64,000 nucleotides of DNA, taken from Syntrophorhabdaceae bacterium. GTDB taxonomy: Bacteria > Desulfobacterota > Syntrophorhabdia > Syntrophorhabdales > Syntrophorhabdaceae. Positions 1-9,191 of the stretch are shown piece after piece. The translations under genes and the position numbers were made by a program. Position 1 is the stretch's first letter. Each line of letters opens with the position of its first letter. The notes beneath the pieces were generated by a model that saw nothing but the letters and a program-made list of their open reading frames with translations, searched no databases and was not told the DNA's origin. The stretch lies in NCBI GenBank assembly GCA_963665295.1, contig OY762209.1, forward strand, positions 4,960,001-5,024,000, given 5' to 3'.

Positions 1-1633
1 TCATGGTCACGGTGCATGTGTCGGTCCCCGAACAGCCTCCGCCGGACCAGCCGGTGAAGGAATTGCCCGACGATGCGGCGGCAGTGAGGGTGACGCTCGC
101 GCCGTTGTCGAAGAGCGCCGCGCACCGCGTGCCGCAGTTGATCCCGTCGGGGGCGGATGTGACCGTACCCGCTCCGGCCCCGGACTTCGCGACCGTGAGG
201 TACTGTTTAGTGTCAATCGATTTGTAGGCGTCATTGACGTTGATCCGTGCCTTGGTAACCGAACCGCATTTCCCATCGGTAACGGCCTTCCCCGTTGACG
301 TGAAGGCGGCGAGAATCTCTTCTATGGTCGCCGTCGGCTTGACCTGTTTCATCAGGGCCCACGCCCCCGAAACATGGGGCGCCGCCATGGAGGTCCCGTT
401 AGCGGGAGCATAGCCTCTTTTGGGTACGGACGAGGTAATCGCGGACCCCGGGGCAAAGAGGTGCAGAGAAGATGCGCTGTTCGAGTATGAGCCCACCTGA
501 TCATCGACGTCCGTGGCGCCCACGCTCACCGCGGTGGAGATACACGCCGGCGCGGCAAGGTAGCCGCAGTACCCGCTATTGCCGCTTGCGATTATCGAGA
601 CGATCCCCGCTGCCCTGAGCAGGTCGATATCGGATTTTATTGTGAGATCATCGCACTTGCCCGCGTACTGCCCTCCCCCAAGGCTCATGTTGACTGCGGC
701 GATCTTGTGATCGCCCCTGAGGGCGTAGACGCGTTCAAGGCCTTTCTTCAGGTCCGAGATCTGCACGGAGGTGCAGGGCGACTTTTCGCCCAATGACGCG
801 CAGGCCTGAGCGGAATCAACGCGGGAGAAGACCTGTATTGCAATTATCCCCACCTCGGGGGCTACGCCGGGCCCCGGGCTTTCTTCGACGCCGGCCCTGC
901 CCGCCACGATGCCCGCCACATGGGTTCCGTGGTGACATTCATTCTTGGGGCATTTCCCCGCGTAGGGCATGGCAGACCCGTCGTCCGTCGATTCGGTCAC
1001 CTTTTTCGGACATAAGGAGGTCAGCTTCGACTGCTTGTCGTTTGTCGAATAGCACGCCTCGGACACTACGCTCTCCTTCAGAAAGGGGTGGTTCTTATCC
1101 ACACCACTGTCCAGCACTGCCACCACGTAGCCTTTCCCTGTTTTCGCCTTCTGAAGGATATCGGCCCCGATAAGGGGGACGCTCTTGTCGAGGACGGCTG
1201 TGAGGGATATATCTTCCTGTACACTCACCGCAGCCGTTGACTCAAGTATGGCGTCGAGGGCCGCCGCGTCAACGGTCATGGCAAGATAGGGAGTAAACAT
1301 GTATTTGTACGACTTGACCGGGCTCTTCCCCGCCCGCTTAAGTCCTCGCAGGAGCTCGTCCTGCATGACTGCGATATATGCCCGTTGGCCCTCTGCCGTT
1401 TCTGCCTTCAGATCGACGTCAGGGGTAAAAGGCGCGTTCACTTCCACAAGTATCCGCACGGTGCCGTTTTTGGCCGCCAGCGAGCGAAGCCCGTCATATC
1501 CGTCCACGCTCTTCACCTTAGCGGCATACTCGTCTGCGACCTGGGCCGTCGCCCCAACCGGGAGAAACCCGGCCACGGCGACGCACACGGTAAAAATGAA
1601 TACCCGCATCCACGAAAAAGATCTCTTCTGCAT
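1..1633 (-). CDS. Secreted S8 (subtilisin-like) serine peptidase with C-terminal InlB B-repeat-like domain; runs off the left edge
   Basis: Manual translation (absent from the ORF track because it has no stop in the window). ATG at 1633 with GGAGG RBS; signal peptide MQKRSFSWMRVFIFTVCVAVAGFLPVGATA; catalytic motifs VAVLDSGVD, HGTHVAGI, NGTSMAAPHV; C-terminal LTVAKSGAGAGTVTS..GINCG...FTGWSG..C repeat. Confidence 0.9.
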   Translation of the reverse strand, partial: MQKRSFSWMRVFIFTVCVAVAGFLPVGATAQVADEYAAKVKSVDGYDGLRSLAAKNGTVRILVEVNAPFTPDVDLKAETAEGQRAYIAVMQDELLRGLKRAGKSPVKSYKYMFTPYLAMTVDAAALDAILESTAAVSVQEDISLTAVLDKSVPLIGADILQKAKTGKGYVVAVLDSGVDKNHPFLKESVVSEACYSTNDKQSKLTSLCPKKVTESTDDGSAMPYAGKCPKNECHHGTHVAGIVAGRAGVEESPGPGVAPEVGIIAIQVFSRVDSAQACASLGEKSPCTSVQISDLKKGLERVYALRGDHKIAAVNMSLGGGQYAGKCDDLTIKSDIDLLRAAGIVSIIASGNSGYCGYLAAPACISTAVSVGATDVDDQVGSYSNSASSLHLFAPGSAITSSVPKRGYAPANGTSMAAPHVSGAWALMKQVKPTATIEEILAAFTSTGKAVTDGKCGSVTKARINVNDAYKSIDTKQYLTVAKSGAGAGTVTSAPDGINCGTRCAALFDNGASVTLTAAASSGNSFTGWSGGGCSGTDTCTVTM

Positions 1634-1920
1634 TGTGCCCCTCCCTGAACCGAAATCAGATGCAAGCCCGGATCGACCGGGGCTCTATCGCCGCCCCCAC
1701 AGGCTTCCCGGGAAACAGTCTCGCGGCGAAAACGGATCACCGCCGCAGGGCAGTCCTGATTACGAGCCCTTTCCCGTCCGGGTTTGAGAATGAATTATTT
1801 CCTATTTGCGGGAAAAATACAATATCTTTTTTCGCCTCGGTGAGGCTCTGACGCGGTCCCTCTCCGGGGCCCGACGGACCGGCAAAATCGTCGCGGTCCG
1901 CCTCGCTGCGCAAGGGCTTC

Positions 1921-2337
1921 TTATCCCTCTTTTTTGAAAAACTTCGTGTGTTCCTGCTTCATACACCGGTCCATCACGAACCCTATCCCGCTTTTCTCCG
2001 CTATGACCCGCGCCTCGTCACTTATGATACCCAACTGGAGCCAGATGTACTTCGGCTTTATCTTCACCGCTTCCTCAACCACGGGGACCAGTTTGTCGGC
2101 GCGCATGAAAATATCGACCACGTCTACCTTTTCCGGGATTTCGGAAAGGGATTTGTAGGACTTCTCTCCCAGTATCTCCTCATAGCCCGGGTTCACCGGT
2201 ATGATCCTGTAACCGGCGTTCCGCAAATACCTGGCGACTCCGTTGCTCGCCTTGTCCTCCGATGGCGAAAGTCCCACAATCGCAATAGTGTGTGATGTTT
2301 CCAACGCCTCTTTCCCTATCCCCTCTTTCTGATCCAT
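1921..2337 (-). CDS. CoA-binding protein (YccU family)
   Basis: IAIVGLS...GYRIIPVNP...VDVVDIF...WLQLGI...VMDRC pattern; GGAGG RBS. Confidence 0.9.
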   Translation of the reverse strand: MDQKEGIGKEALETSHTIAIVGLSPSEDKASNGVARYLRNAGYRIIPVNPGYEEILGEKSYKSLSEIPEKVDVVDIFMRADKLVPVVEEAVKIKPKYIWLQLGIISDEARVIAEKSGIGFVMDRCMKQEHTKFFKKEG

Positions 2338-2585
2338 ATGCCCTCCATGGGTACCGCCCTCATTATTTATTGCCCCTCCGTGCGGCCCGTTCCAGACAAA
2401 AGTTACGCATTTCGCCGCAAATAATCAAGGGAATGGGTGTCGACTCCTCTCCATAATATATGCGCCCGCCATTCACATAAGGCGCCCCTCCCGTCGCCAT
2501 TACGTAAGCCGCTCATGGGTACCGCTTCCGCTCCCGATCTTGCGGAAAAGGCAGCACAAACATGGGCTATCTGTCGAATATTTAT

Positions 2586-2615
2586 TTGAATCTTACCCGG
2601 GAAAATTGGTATAAT
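2586..2615 (+). promoter_or_regulatory. sigma70 promoter (TTGAAT-18-TATAAT, extended TG) for the ruvX-mltG operon
   Basis: TTGAAT 2586-2591, TG 2607-2608, TATAAT 2610-2615. Confidence 0.6.
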
Positions 2616-2623
2616 AATCAAAA

Positions 2624-3040
2624 ATGCGCATTTTATCACTTGATGTGGGCGACAAAAGGATCGGTCTCGCCTTGTCGGACCCCACGCATACATTAGCCCA
2701 GGCGCTCAAGGTCTACACAAGAACGACGATGAAGAAGGATCTCCAGGAGTTCAGGAACATTGTGGCCGACCACGAGGTCGAAAAGATCGTTGTCGGATTA
2801 CCGAAGGACCTAAGCGGCGCCGTTGGCAAGAGAGCTCAGGCAGTGACCGATTTTGCGAAGGAAATAGAGCAGTACACCGGGGTTCCGGTGGTATTGTGGG
2901 ATGAAAGGTTCAGCACGAATGAGGCGAACAGGATCTTTGAAATGGCCGAGATGAGCCGCAAGAAAAGAAAACCCTTCATTGACATGATGGCATCACAGAT
3001 CATACTCCAGGGATACCTCGATGCACAAAAGACTGAATAG
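2624..3040 (+). CDS. ruvX: Holliday junction resolvase-like protein / pre-16S rRNA nuclease YqgF
   Basis: MRILSLDVGDKRIGLA, VVGLP, WDERFST motifs; adjacent to mltG. Confidence 0.95.
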   Translation: MRILSLDVGDKRIGLALSDPTHTLAQALKVYTRTTMKKDLQEFRNIVADHEVEKIVVGLPKDLSGAVGKRAQAVTDFAKEIEQYTGVPVVLWDERFSTNEANRIFEMAEMSRKKRKPFIDMMASQIILQGYLDAQKTE

Positions 3041-4022
3041 ACGGGTAATCCTTTTTGCCGTCCTTGTCTTCTTTCTTGCCCAGTCGCTCATCTTCGCGAG
3101 CATCCCCAGGAGCGCGGAGACCCGTTCCGTCGAGTTTGTTGTGAAAAGCGGCACAAGCCTGACGGGCATCGCAAATCAGCTTGCGGACGAGGGTATCATA
3201 CGCATGCCCTATCTTTTCGTGGCCCTCTCGCTCATTTACAGGGGAAAGCTGATTGCAGGAGAGTACGAAATCAAGAGGGACATGAGCACCTTCCAGATCG
3301 TGAGGAAGATGGCCTATGGTGAGAGGAACATATACGCGTTGAGGATCGTGGAAGGATACAATATATATAACATAGCCGATTCGGCGGAAAAGACGCACAT
3401 CATGAAGGGAGCGGATTTCCTGAAGCTTGCCCGGGACCGCGCGCTGATCGCAGGACTGGGAATAGACGCCGACTCCCTCGAAGGATACCTCTCCCCCGAC
3501 ACCTACTATTACAGCAGGGAAATAGAGATGGAAAAACTCGTGGAGAAGATCGTCCAGAGAACGCTCAATTTCTTCGCGAGGGAAGATATAAAGAAAAGAA
3601 TGGAGGAGCTCCATTTCACGGTCCGCGACACCCTTACCCTCGCGTCCATGATCGAACGGGAGGCAAAGATGCGGGACGAGAAACCACTTATCTCTGCGGT
3701 ATTTCACAACAGGCTCAAAAGAGATATGTCCCTCGACTGCGACCCCACGGTCCTCTACGGCACAGGGATCGAAGGCCCCATAAAGAAATCCGATCTCATT
3801 GCCCATACTCCCTATAACACTTACACTTTAAAAGGATTACCCAGGGGACCCATATGCAATCCGGATAAGAGTTCCATCACGGCGGCCCTCTATCCTGCCC
3901 AGGTCGATTACCTTTACTTTGTGTCCAAAAACGACGGCACCCATGTCTTCTCTCGGGACATGAAAGACCACAATCGTTTTGTCGTAATGTATCAACGGAA
4001 TAAGCATACAAAAAAACAATGA
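3021..4022 (+). CDS. mltG: Endolytic transglycosylase MltG (YceG)
   Basis: N-terminal TM; LEGYLSPDTY, LASMIERE, SAVFHNRL, PYNTY..GLPRGPICNP, YLYFV motifs. Confidence 0.95.
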   Translation: MHKRLNRRVILFAVLVFFLAQSLIFASIPRSAETRSVEFVVKSGTSLTGIANQLADEGIIRMPYLFVALSLIYRGKLIAGEYEIKRDMSTFQIVRKMAYGERNIYALRIVEGYNIYNIADSAEKTHIMKGADFLKLARDRALIAGLGIDADSLEGYLSPDTYYYSREIEMEKLVEKIVQRTLNFFAREDIKKRMEELHFTVRDTLTLASMIEREAKMRDEKPLISAVFHNRLKRDMSLDCDPTVLYGTGIEGPIKKSDLIAHTPYNTYTLKGLPRGPICNPDKSSITAALYPAQVDYLYFVSKNDGTHVFSRDMKDHNRFVVMYQRNKHTKKQ

Positions 4023-4037
4023 CTTAAGGAGGAGTTT

Positions 4038-5216
4038 ATGGCAAAAGATGTTGCGGTTATCGGCGTTGGCCAAAGTAGCTTCGTCAGAGGCTATCCGGGC
4101 TCAATCAGGGAACTGGCCTTTGAAGCCTTCAGGGAAGCAATGCTCGACGCAGGGATCACTCAGAAAGATGTCGGTGCCTCCGTATTCTGTTCCGCACCGG
4201 AGTATGACAAACAGAGATCGCCTGCCGGCGTTCTCGCGGAATACCTGGGACTTATCCCCCAGCCTACCTTCTACATCGAGACGGTCTGTTCTTCAAGCAG
4301 CTCCGGCTTAAAGGTCGCATACAGCATGATAAAGGCCGGACTCCACGACGTAGTATGCGTCTGCGGATTCCAGAAAATGTCCGAGATCACCTCCGCTGAA
4401 TCGCAGGAGAGGATGGGCAGAGGCGCAGACATTCAGTGGGAAGCTCCTTTTGGAACCATGATGCCTGCTTACTATGCTCTCTATGCCCGGGCCTACATGG
4501 CCAAGAACGGCCTCACCCACGATGACCTCATGGGCGTAAGGCTGAAATCGGCGACCTACGGCGCAATCAACGAGAGGGCCGTATATCGCAAGGGCGTGAA
4601 ACCTTCGGATTTTGACGCCACCAACCCCGACGCAAGAATGGCCGGTCCCGTTGCCTGGCCTCTCAGGGTCGGCGATGCGTGTGCCAACGCGGACGGCAGC
4701 TCCTGCGTGATTCTTGCCAACGCGGAAAAGGCAAAATCCTTCTCCAAGAAACCTATCTGGATCATGGGTATCGGCGCTGCATCAGAGGCAGTCAACATGG
4801 CCGCAAGACCCGACTTCGCGAAGGGCCTGAGCGTTGGTTACGGCGCCGCGGCAGAAGCTTACAAAATGGCGGGTATCACCGCAAAAGACGTCAACGTGGC
4901 TGAAGTCCACGACTGCTTCACCATCGCCGAGATCATGGCATATGAAGGCCTTGGCTTCGCAAAGATGGGAGACGGCAAAGAGCTTATCAGGGCCAAGGAG
5001 ACTTACAAGGAAGGCAAAATCCCCGTGAACGTAGACGGCGGGCTCCTTTCCAAGGGTCATCCCATCGGAGCGACAGGCGGCTCCCAGGTACGTACCATCG
5101 TTTTGCAGCTCAGGGGAGAGGCGGGCCCGATGCAGGTGAAAGACCCTGAAATCGGCCTCGTCCACAATGTCGGCGGCGTAGGTCTCTACGGCAGCGTCAC
5201 AATATTCGGGAGGTGA
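4038..5216 (+). CDS. Thiolase, SCP2/archaeal-type (acetyl-CoA acyltransferase)
   Basis: ETVCSSS catalytic Cys, EVHDCF, GHPIGATG, HNVGG motifs; AAGGAGG RBS. Confidence 0.9.
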   Translation: MAKDVAVIGVGQSSFVRGYPGSIRELAFEAFREAMLDAGITQKDVGASVFCSAPEYDKQRSPAGVLAEYLGLIPQPTFYIETVCSSSSSGLKVAYSMIKAGLHDVVCVCGFQKMSEITSAESQERMGRGADIQWEAPFGTMMPAYYALYARAYMAKNGLTHDDLMGVRLKSATYGAINERAVYRKGVKPSDFDATNPDARMAGPVAWPLRVGDACANADGSSCVILANAEKAKSFSKKPIWIMGIGAASEAVNMAARPDFAKGLSVGYGAAAEAYKMAGITAKDVNVAEVHDCFTIAEIMAYEGLGFAKMGDGKELIRAKETYKEGKIPVNVDGGLLSKGHPIGATGGSQVRTIVLQLRGEAGPMQVKDPEIGLVHNVGGVGLYGSVTIFGR

Positions 5217-5219
5217 TCC

Positions 5220-5630
5220 ATGGGATTTGAAAAATTCGGAAGAAAGAGCTTCACTGCAATGACCAAAACGGCAAAATTTGTTGATCTCCTTGGCGAAGGG
5301 AAGATCGACGGAACAGTCTGCAAGAAATGCGGCGCGAAGTTTTTCCCGCCCAGAGCCGATTGCTCCTCCTGTCTCTCAAATGAGATGGATTGGTTTGATA
5401 TGCCCGCAAAAGGCAAACTCGAAACCTTCACCACCGCATACTATGCACCTTTCGGTTTCGAAGCCGATCCCCCCTACACCATGGGCGTAGTCGACTTCGG
5501 CGGTATCAAGCTTTTCGCAAGGCTTGCCAAAGAGATCCCCATCGATGATATCGTCGTTGGAATGGACGTAGGTGTCAGACCGTTGAAATACGATGACGGC
5601 CAGATCTCCTTCGAGATCACAAAAGCGTAA
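5220..5630 (+). CDS. DUF35 Zn-ribbon/OB-fold thiolase partner
   Basis: CKKCG..FFPPRADCSSC Zn ribbon followed by an OB fold; starts 3 nt after the thiolase stop. Confidence 0.9.
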   Translation: MGFEKFGRKSFTAMTKTAKFVDLLGEGKIDGTVCKKCGAKFFPPRADCSSCLSNEMDWFDMPAKGKLETFTTAYYAPFGFEADPPYTMGVVDFGGIKLFARLAKEIPIDDIVVGMDVGVRPLKYDDGQISFEITKA

Positions 5631-5649
5631 GTTATAGGGTTTTTAATTG

Positions 5650-5683
5650 AAAAGGGGCTGCCCCAAACGGGGCAGCCCCTTTT
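5650..5683. terminator. Bidirectional intrinsic terminator
   Basis: AAAAGGGGCTGCCCC-AAAC-GGGGCAGCCCCTTTT between convergent genes. Confidence 0.85.
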
Positions 5684-5700
5684 GTTCTTCCTTTTCAGTC

Positions 5701-7308
5701 TTACTGATGGTCGGCCCACTTGCCGTATTTCTCTCTCAGCATCCGGTGGAGTATCTTGCCGGCGCCGCTTCTCGGCATCTCTTCGTCTTTGATGAAGATG
5801 ATGCTCTTGGGTACCTTGAATCCCGCGATCTTGCCCTTGCAATGGGCCGATATTTCCTCGGCTGTGGCAGCTTGCCCTTCATGAAGGACGATGACTGCGG
5901 TTACCTGCTCGCCCCATTTCTCATGAGGTACGCCGATTACCGCCACGTCCTTTACCTTGGCATAACCGCCTACGCAGTTCTCAACCTCGGAGGGGAAGAT
6001 GTTCTCGCCGCCTGAGATGATCATGTTGGCCTTTCTGTCTACGAGGATGATGTAGCCGTCCTCGTCCTTGTACGCCATGTCGCCGGCGCTGAAGAATTCG
6101 CCTTTCATGGCTGCGGCGGTCTTCTCAGGGTCTTTCCAGTACTCTTCGAAGAGCATGGGGCTTCTTGAATAGAGTTCGCCTACTTCGTTCGGTTTCGTCA
6201 CGAGCTTCCCGTCTTCGTCATAGAGCTCGATCAGGTCCGTACCGATAACCTCGCGTCCGCAGGAGCCGAGCTTGACTAGCTGTTCGTTGGGTTTCAGTAC
6301 CGTCACGATACCCGCTTCCGTGGAGCCGTAGGCCTCGTACAGTTCCGAGTTGGAGAACATCTCGAGGACGCCGAGCTTCGTGTCTCTTCTCGCCGGGGCG
6401 GAGGAGATAAGGAGTTTCTTTACGCTGGTGAGGTCGTATTTCTTCTTGACGTCGTCCGGCAGGGCGAGCATCATGATGTAGTGGGTCGGGACCAGGGAGG
6501 TAAAGGTTACCTTGTGGTCCGAGAAGGTCTTTAAGAGGTTCTCTGCGTTGAAGCTTACCATGTTGTAGCACATTACCGCGCCGCCTACCCATGTGGCCAC
6601 GAAGGAGTAGAAGAGGGAGTTTACGTGGCAGCAGGGCATGACGAGAAGGTTTACATCGTTATCGTTGAACTGGTGGTCGTAGATCATGATGAAGTACTGG
6701 GAGAAGAGGTTGAGGTGGCTCTTGACCACGCCCTTCGGTTTGCCTGTGGTACCGCCCGTGTACATGATCACCCACGGATCGTCGGCGTCCACCACCGTCT
6801 TCGGCTCCTCGGCGCTCGCCTTGGCGAGGGCTTCCTCGTAAGGAGTGAAACCGTCATAGGTCTCGTTCTTAAGGGCAAAGGAGATGTATCCTTTTACCGT
6901 GGGGAGACTCTTCTTCATTTCCGTGACCTGTTTGATCCAGGGGAACTCTTTTCCGTCCGCGCCGTCAAAGCCGCCCTGAACGATGAAGACCTTGCACTCG
7001 CTGTGGTTGATATTGTATTCCATCTCCACCGGGGCGAGCCTGAACATGAGGGGCACGCATACGAAGCCTCCCTTCGCTGCTGCTCCGTAGATCTCCATCC
7101 ACTCCACGCAGTTGTACGCGAGGACCGCGAACCTGTCGCCTTTTTTCATGCCCATGTCGGCAAGGGCATTCGCGAGCCTTGCGGCTCTCTCATCCCACTG
7201 TTTGAATGTGTAGCTCTTGTAGAGGTCTTTAATGCCGACCTTGTTCGGCCATTTAGACGCATTTACTCTTAGTACGTCTTTTGCTGTCATCCAGTGCCCG
7301 TTTCTCAT
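5701..7308 (-). CDS. AMP-dependent acyl-CoA synthetase/ligase
   Basis: IMYTGGTTGKPKG, EAYGSTE, GDMAY.D.DGY...VDRK..MIISGGENI, PRSGAGKI motifs. Confidence 0.93.
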   Translation of the reverse strand: MRNGHWMTAKDVLRVNASKWPNKVGIKDLYKSYTFKQWDERAARLANALADMGMKKGDRFAVLAYNCVEWMEIYGAAAKGGFVCVPLMFRLAPVEMEYNINHSECKVFIVQGGFDGADGKEFPWIKQVTEMKKSLPTVKGYISFALKNETYDGFTPYEEALAKASAEEPKTVVDADDPWVIMYTGGTTGKPKGVVKSHLNLFSQYFIMIYDHQFNDNDVNLLVMPCCHVNSLFYSFVATWVGGAVMCYNMVSFNAENLLKTFSDHKVTFTSLVPTHYIMMLALPDDVKKKYDLTSVKKLLISSAPARRDTKLGVLEMFSNSELYEAYGSTEAGIVTVLKPNEQLVKLGSCGREVIGTDLIELYDEDGKLVTKPNEVGELYSRSPMLFEEYWKDPEKTAAAMKGEFFSAGDMAYKDEDGYIILVDRKANMIISGGENIFPSEVENCVGGYAKVKDVAVIGVPHEKWGEQVTAVIVLHEGQAATAEEISAHCKGKIAGFKVPKSIIFIKDEEMPRSGAGKILHRMLREKYGKWADHQ

Positions 7309-7905
7309 AAAACCCTCCTTAATGTAGTTAGTCTACCGCCGTATTACCCGGCGGTTTATCGCCCTGAAGCGCGCAGCACCGGGACAGGTTCCGCACGAGC
7401 AGGCCGACTCCGCCTCCCCGCTCATCCTGCCCTTGCCCATGGCGTACGCTCTCCAATCAAACATGCCCCAACCGCAAGCCCGCGGATATTCGAGCGGCCC
7501 GAATCCTGTCCCCGACTCCCGATTCCGTAACGGTCGAGGCCCCGTCCCCTCCAGGGGATAGAGGTATCCGTGATGCAATCCTCTCGCGTATCGAGTTCCA
7601 TCGCTTCCAGGAGTTCCCTCTCGTTGCAGGTCGCACAAATTCTCCTTGCGGCACATTTAACTATATCATTTTTGAAAAACCTGAATCACACTTCCCTCCC
7701 TTTTTGGGGAGGCGCATAATAAGACGAAACGACTGCTCACTGCCTTCCTGTCCCGCTCACGGGGCAACGCTTGAAGCAGATCAAATGAACCTCGCTGCTG
7801 CATGCAGCGTGGTATCAGCGCAAACCCGCTGTTCCGCAAACCCTTGCTTACTCCTTCGGAGAAGGGGCAGGCAAGGGTCATGCGTCGTTCTTCCAAATAT
7901 TCCTG

Positions 7906-9171
7906 TTACTCCACAAGCTCCAGAAAATGATGGACCTTCTGGGGCATCTCGTTTCTCAGTACATTATCGATCAGATTGATCATGCACCCCGGACATGCCG
8001 TCACCACGATGTCTGCACCTGTGGTTCTGATACCGGCCATTTTCTTGTCAGCTATTTTCTTCGTCAGATCGTAGTGATAGACGCTGAAGGAACCGCCCAT
8101 GCCGCAGCACATGTCCGCATTCGGCATCTCCACATATTTGAGCCCTTTCAATCCTTTGAGGATTGCTCTCGGCTGATCTTTGATGTTTTGATATCTCACG
8201 AGGTGGCAAGGATCGTGCCACGTTGCAGTCTTGCCTTCGAATTCCTTCTTGAGCTTCAGGTCCTCCGGTTTGATCTTCAGTACGTCGATGATGAACTCGG
8301 TGCTGTCCTTGATCTTCTTTCCGAATTCTTCATACCGTTTCGCCTGATCCTCATTTTCCGCGATATACTTCTGATAGTCCTTAAGGGTGGAACTGCACGT
8401 GCCGCATCCGGTTACGATAACGTCCACGTCCTTGAATGCCTTGATGTTCTCCTCGGCAAGCATCCTGCCCGTCTCGAAATCGCCGCTGAAGTAGATGGCG
8501 GCGCCGCAACAACTCTGCTCCTCGGGGACCACGACCTCGACCCCGTGCTTCGTGAGGAAATCGATAATCTTGAGTCCCAGTTCCGGATAGACAAAGTCCA
8601 TGGCGCATCCGCTGAAGAAACCGACCTTCATCGTCGCCTTGCCGTCCTTGGCCGGGTTCACCCTCTTCACCTGATCCCGGAGGAACGTCTTGGCGATCTC
8701 CGGAATATTTCTCCCGTGGCCCATGGCCTTGAGGAAATCGGGAAGATGGCGTATCTTACCTTCCGTCTTCGGCATCATAAACTGGAACATCTGGGCGAGT
8801 TTCACATACCGGCCGAAGGCCCGTCTGTTCGCCATGACCTTCCTGAAGGCGAAGTTTTTAATGAATCCGAGGCCTTTTTCCTTTACCAACTGGGCTCTCG
8901 CACCGACAACGACCCTGTCGATCTGTGTCTTCGCAGGACAGTTTGCCGCGCACCTCTTACAGAGGAGACACTTACCTATGATTTCAGCCATCTCCGGCGT
9001 GAACTTCTGCTCACCGCGGAGCATCATCCTTACCAGATAGTTTTTTCCTCTGGCAACGGAGGTTTCCACCTTCTCTTCCTGGTATACAGGGCAGAAAAAG
9101 CTGCAAAACCCGCATCTCATGCACTGATTAGCGTACTGCTCTATGTTTTTGAGTTCTTTTAAGTCTTCCAA
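7906..9171 (-). CDS. glcF: Fe-S oxidoreductase subunit, GlcF-like (two 4Fe-4S motifs and two CCG domains)
   Basis: CMRCGFCSFFCP, CLLCKRCAANCP, SCCG, HDPCHL, MCCG, TACPGC motifs; TTG start. Confidence 0.8.
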   Translation of the reverse strand: MEDLKELKNIEQYANQCMRCGFCSFFCPVYQEEKVETSVARGKNYLVRMMLRGEQKFTPEMAEIIGKCLLCKRCAANCPAKTQIDRVVVGARAQLVKEKGLGFIKNFAFRKVMANRRAFGRYVKLAQMFQFMMPKTEGKIRHLPDFLKAMGHGRNIPEIAKTFLRDQVKRVNPAKDGKATMKVGFFSGCAMDFVYPELGLKIIDFLTKHGVEVVVPEEQSCCGAAIYFSGDFETGRMLAEENIKAFKDVDVIVTGCGTCSSTLKDYQKYIAENEDQAKRYEEFGKKIKDSTEFIIDVLKIKPEDLKLKKEFEGKTATWHDPCHLVRYQNIKDQPRAILKGLKGLKYVEMPNADMCCGMGGSFSVYHYDLTKKIADKKMAGIRTTGADIVVTACPGCMINLIDNVLRNEMPQKVHHFLELVE

Positions 9172-9191
9172 GCGCGACCCCCTTTAATACC

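Noticed and set aside
7708..7735. dif-like site (GGCGCATAAT)
   Set aside because: Only the XerC-like half resembles dif; the TTATGTTAAAT XerD arm is absent.
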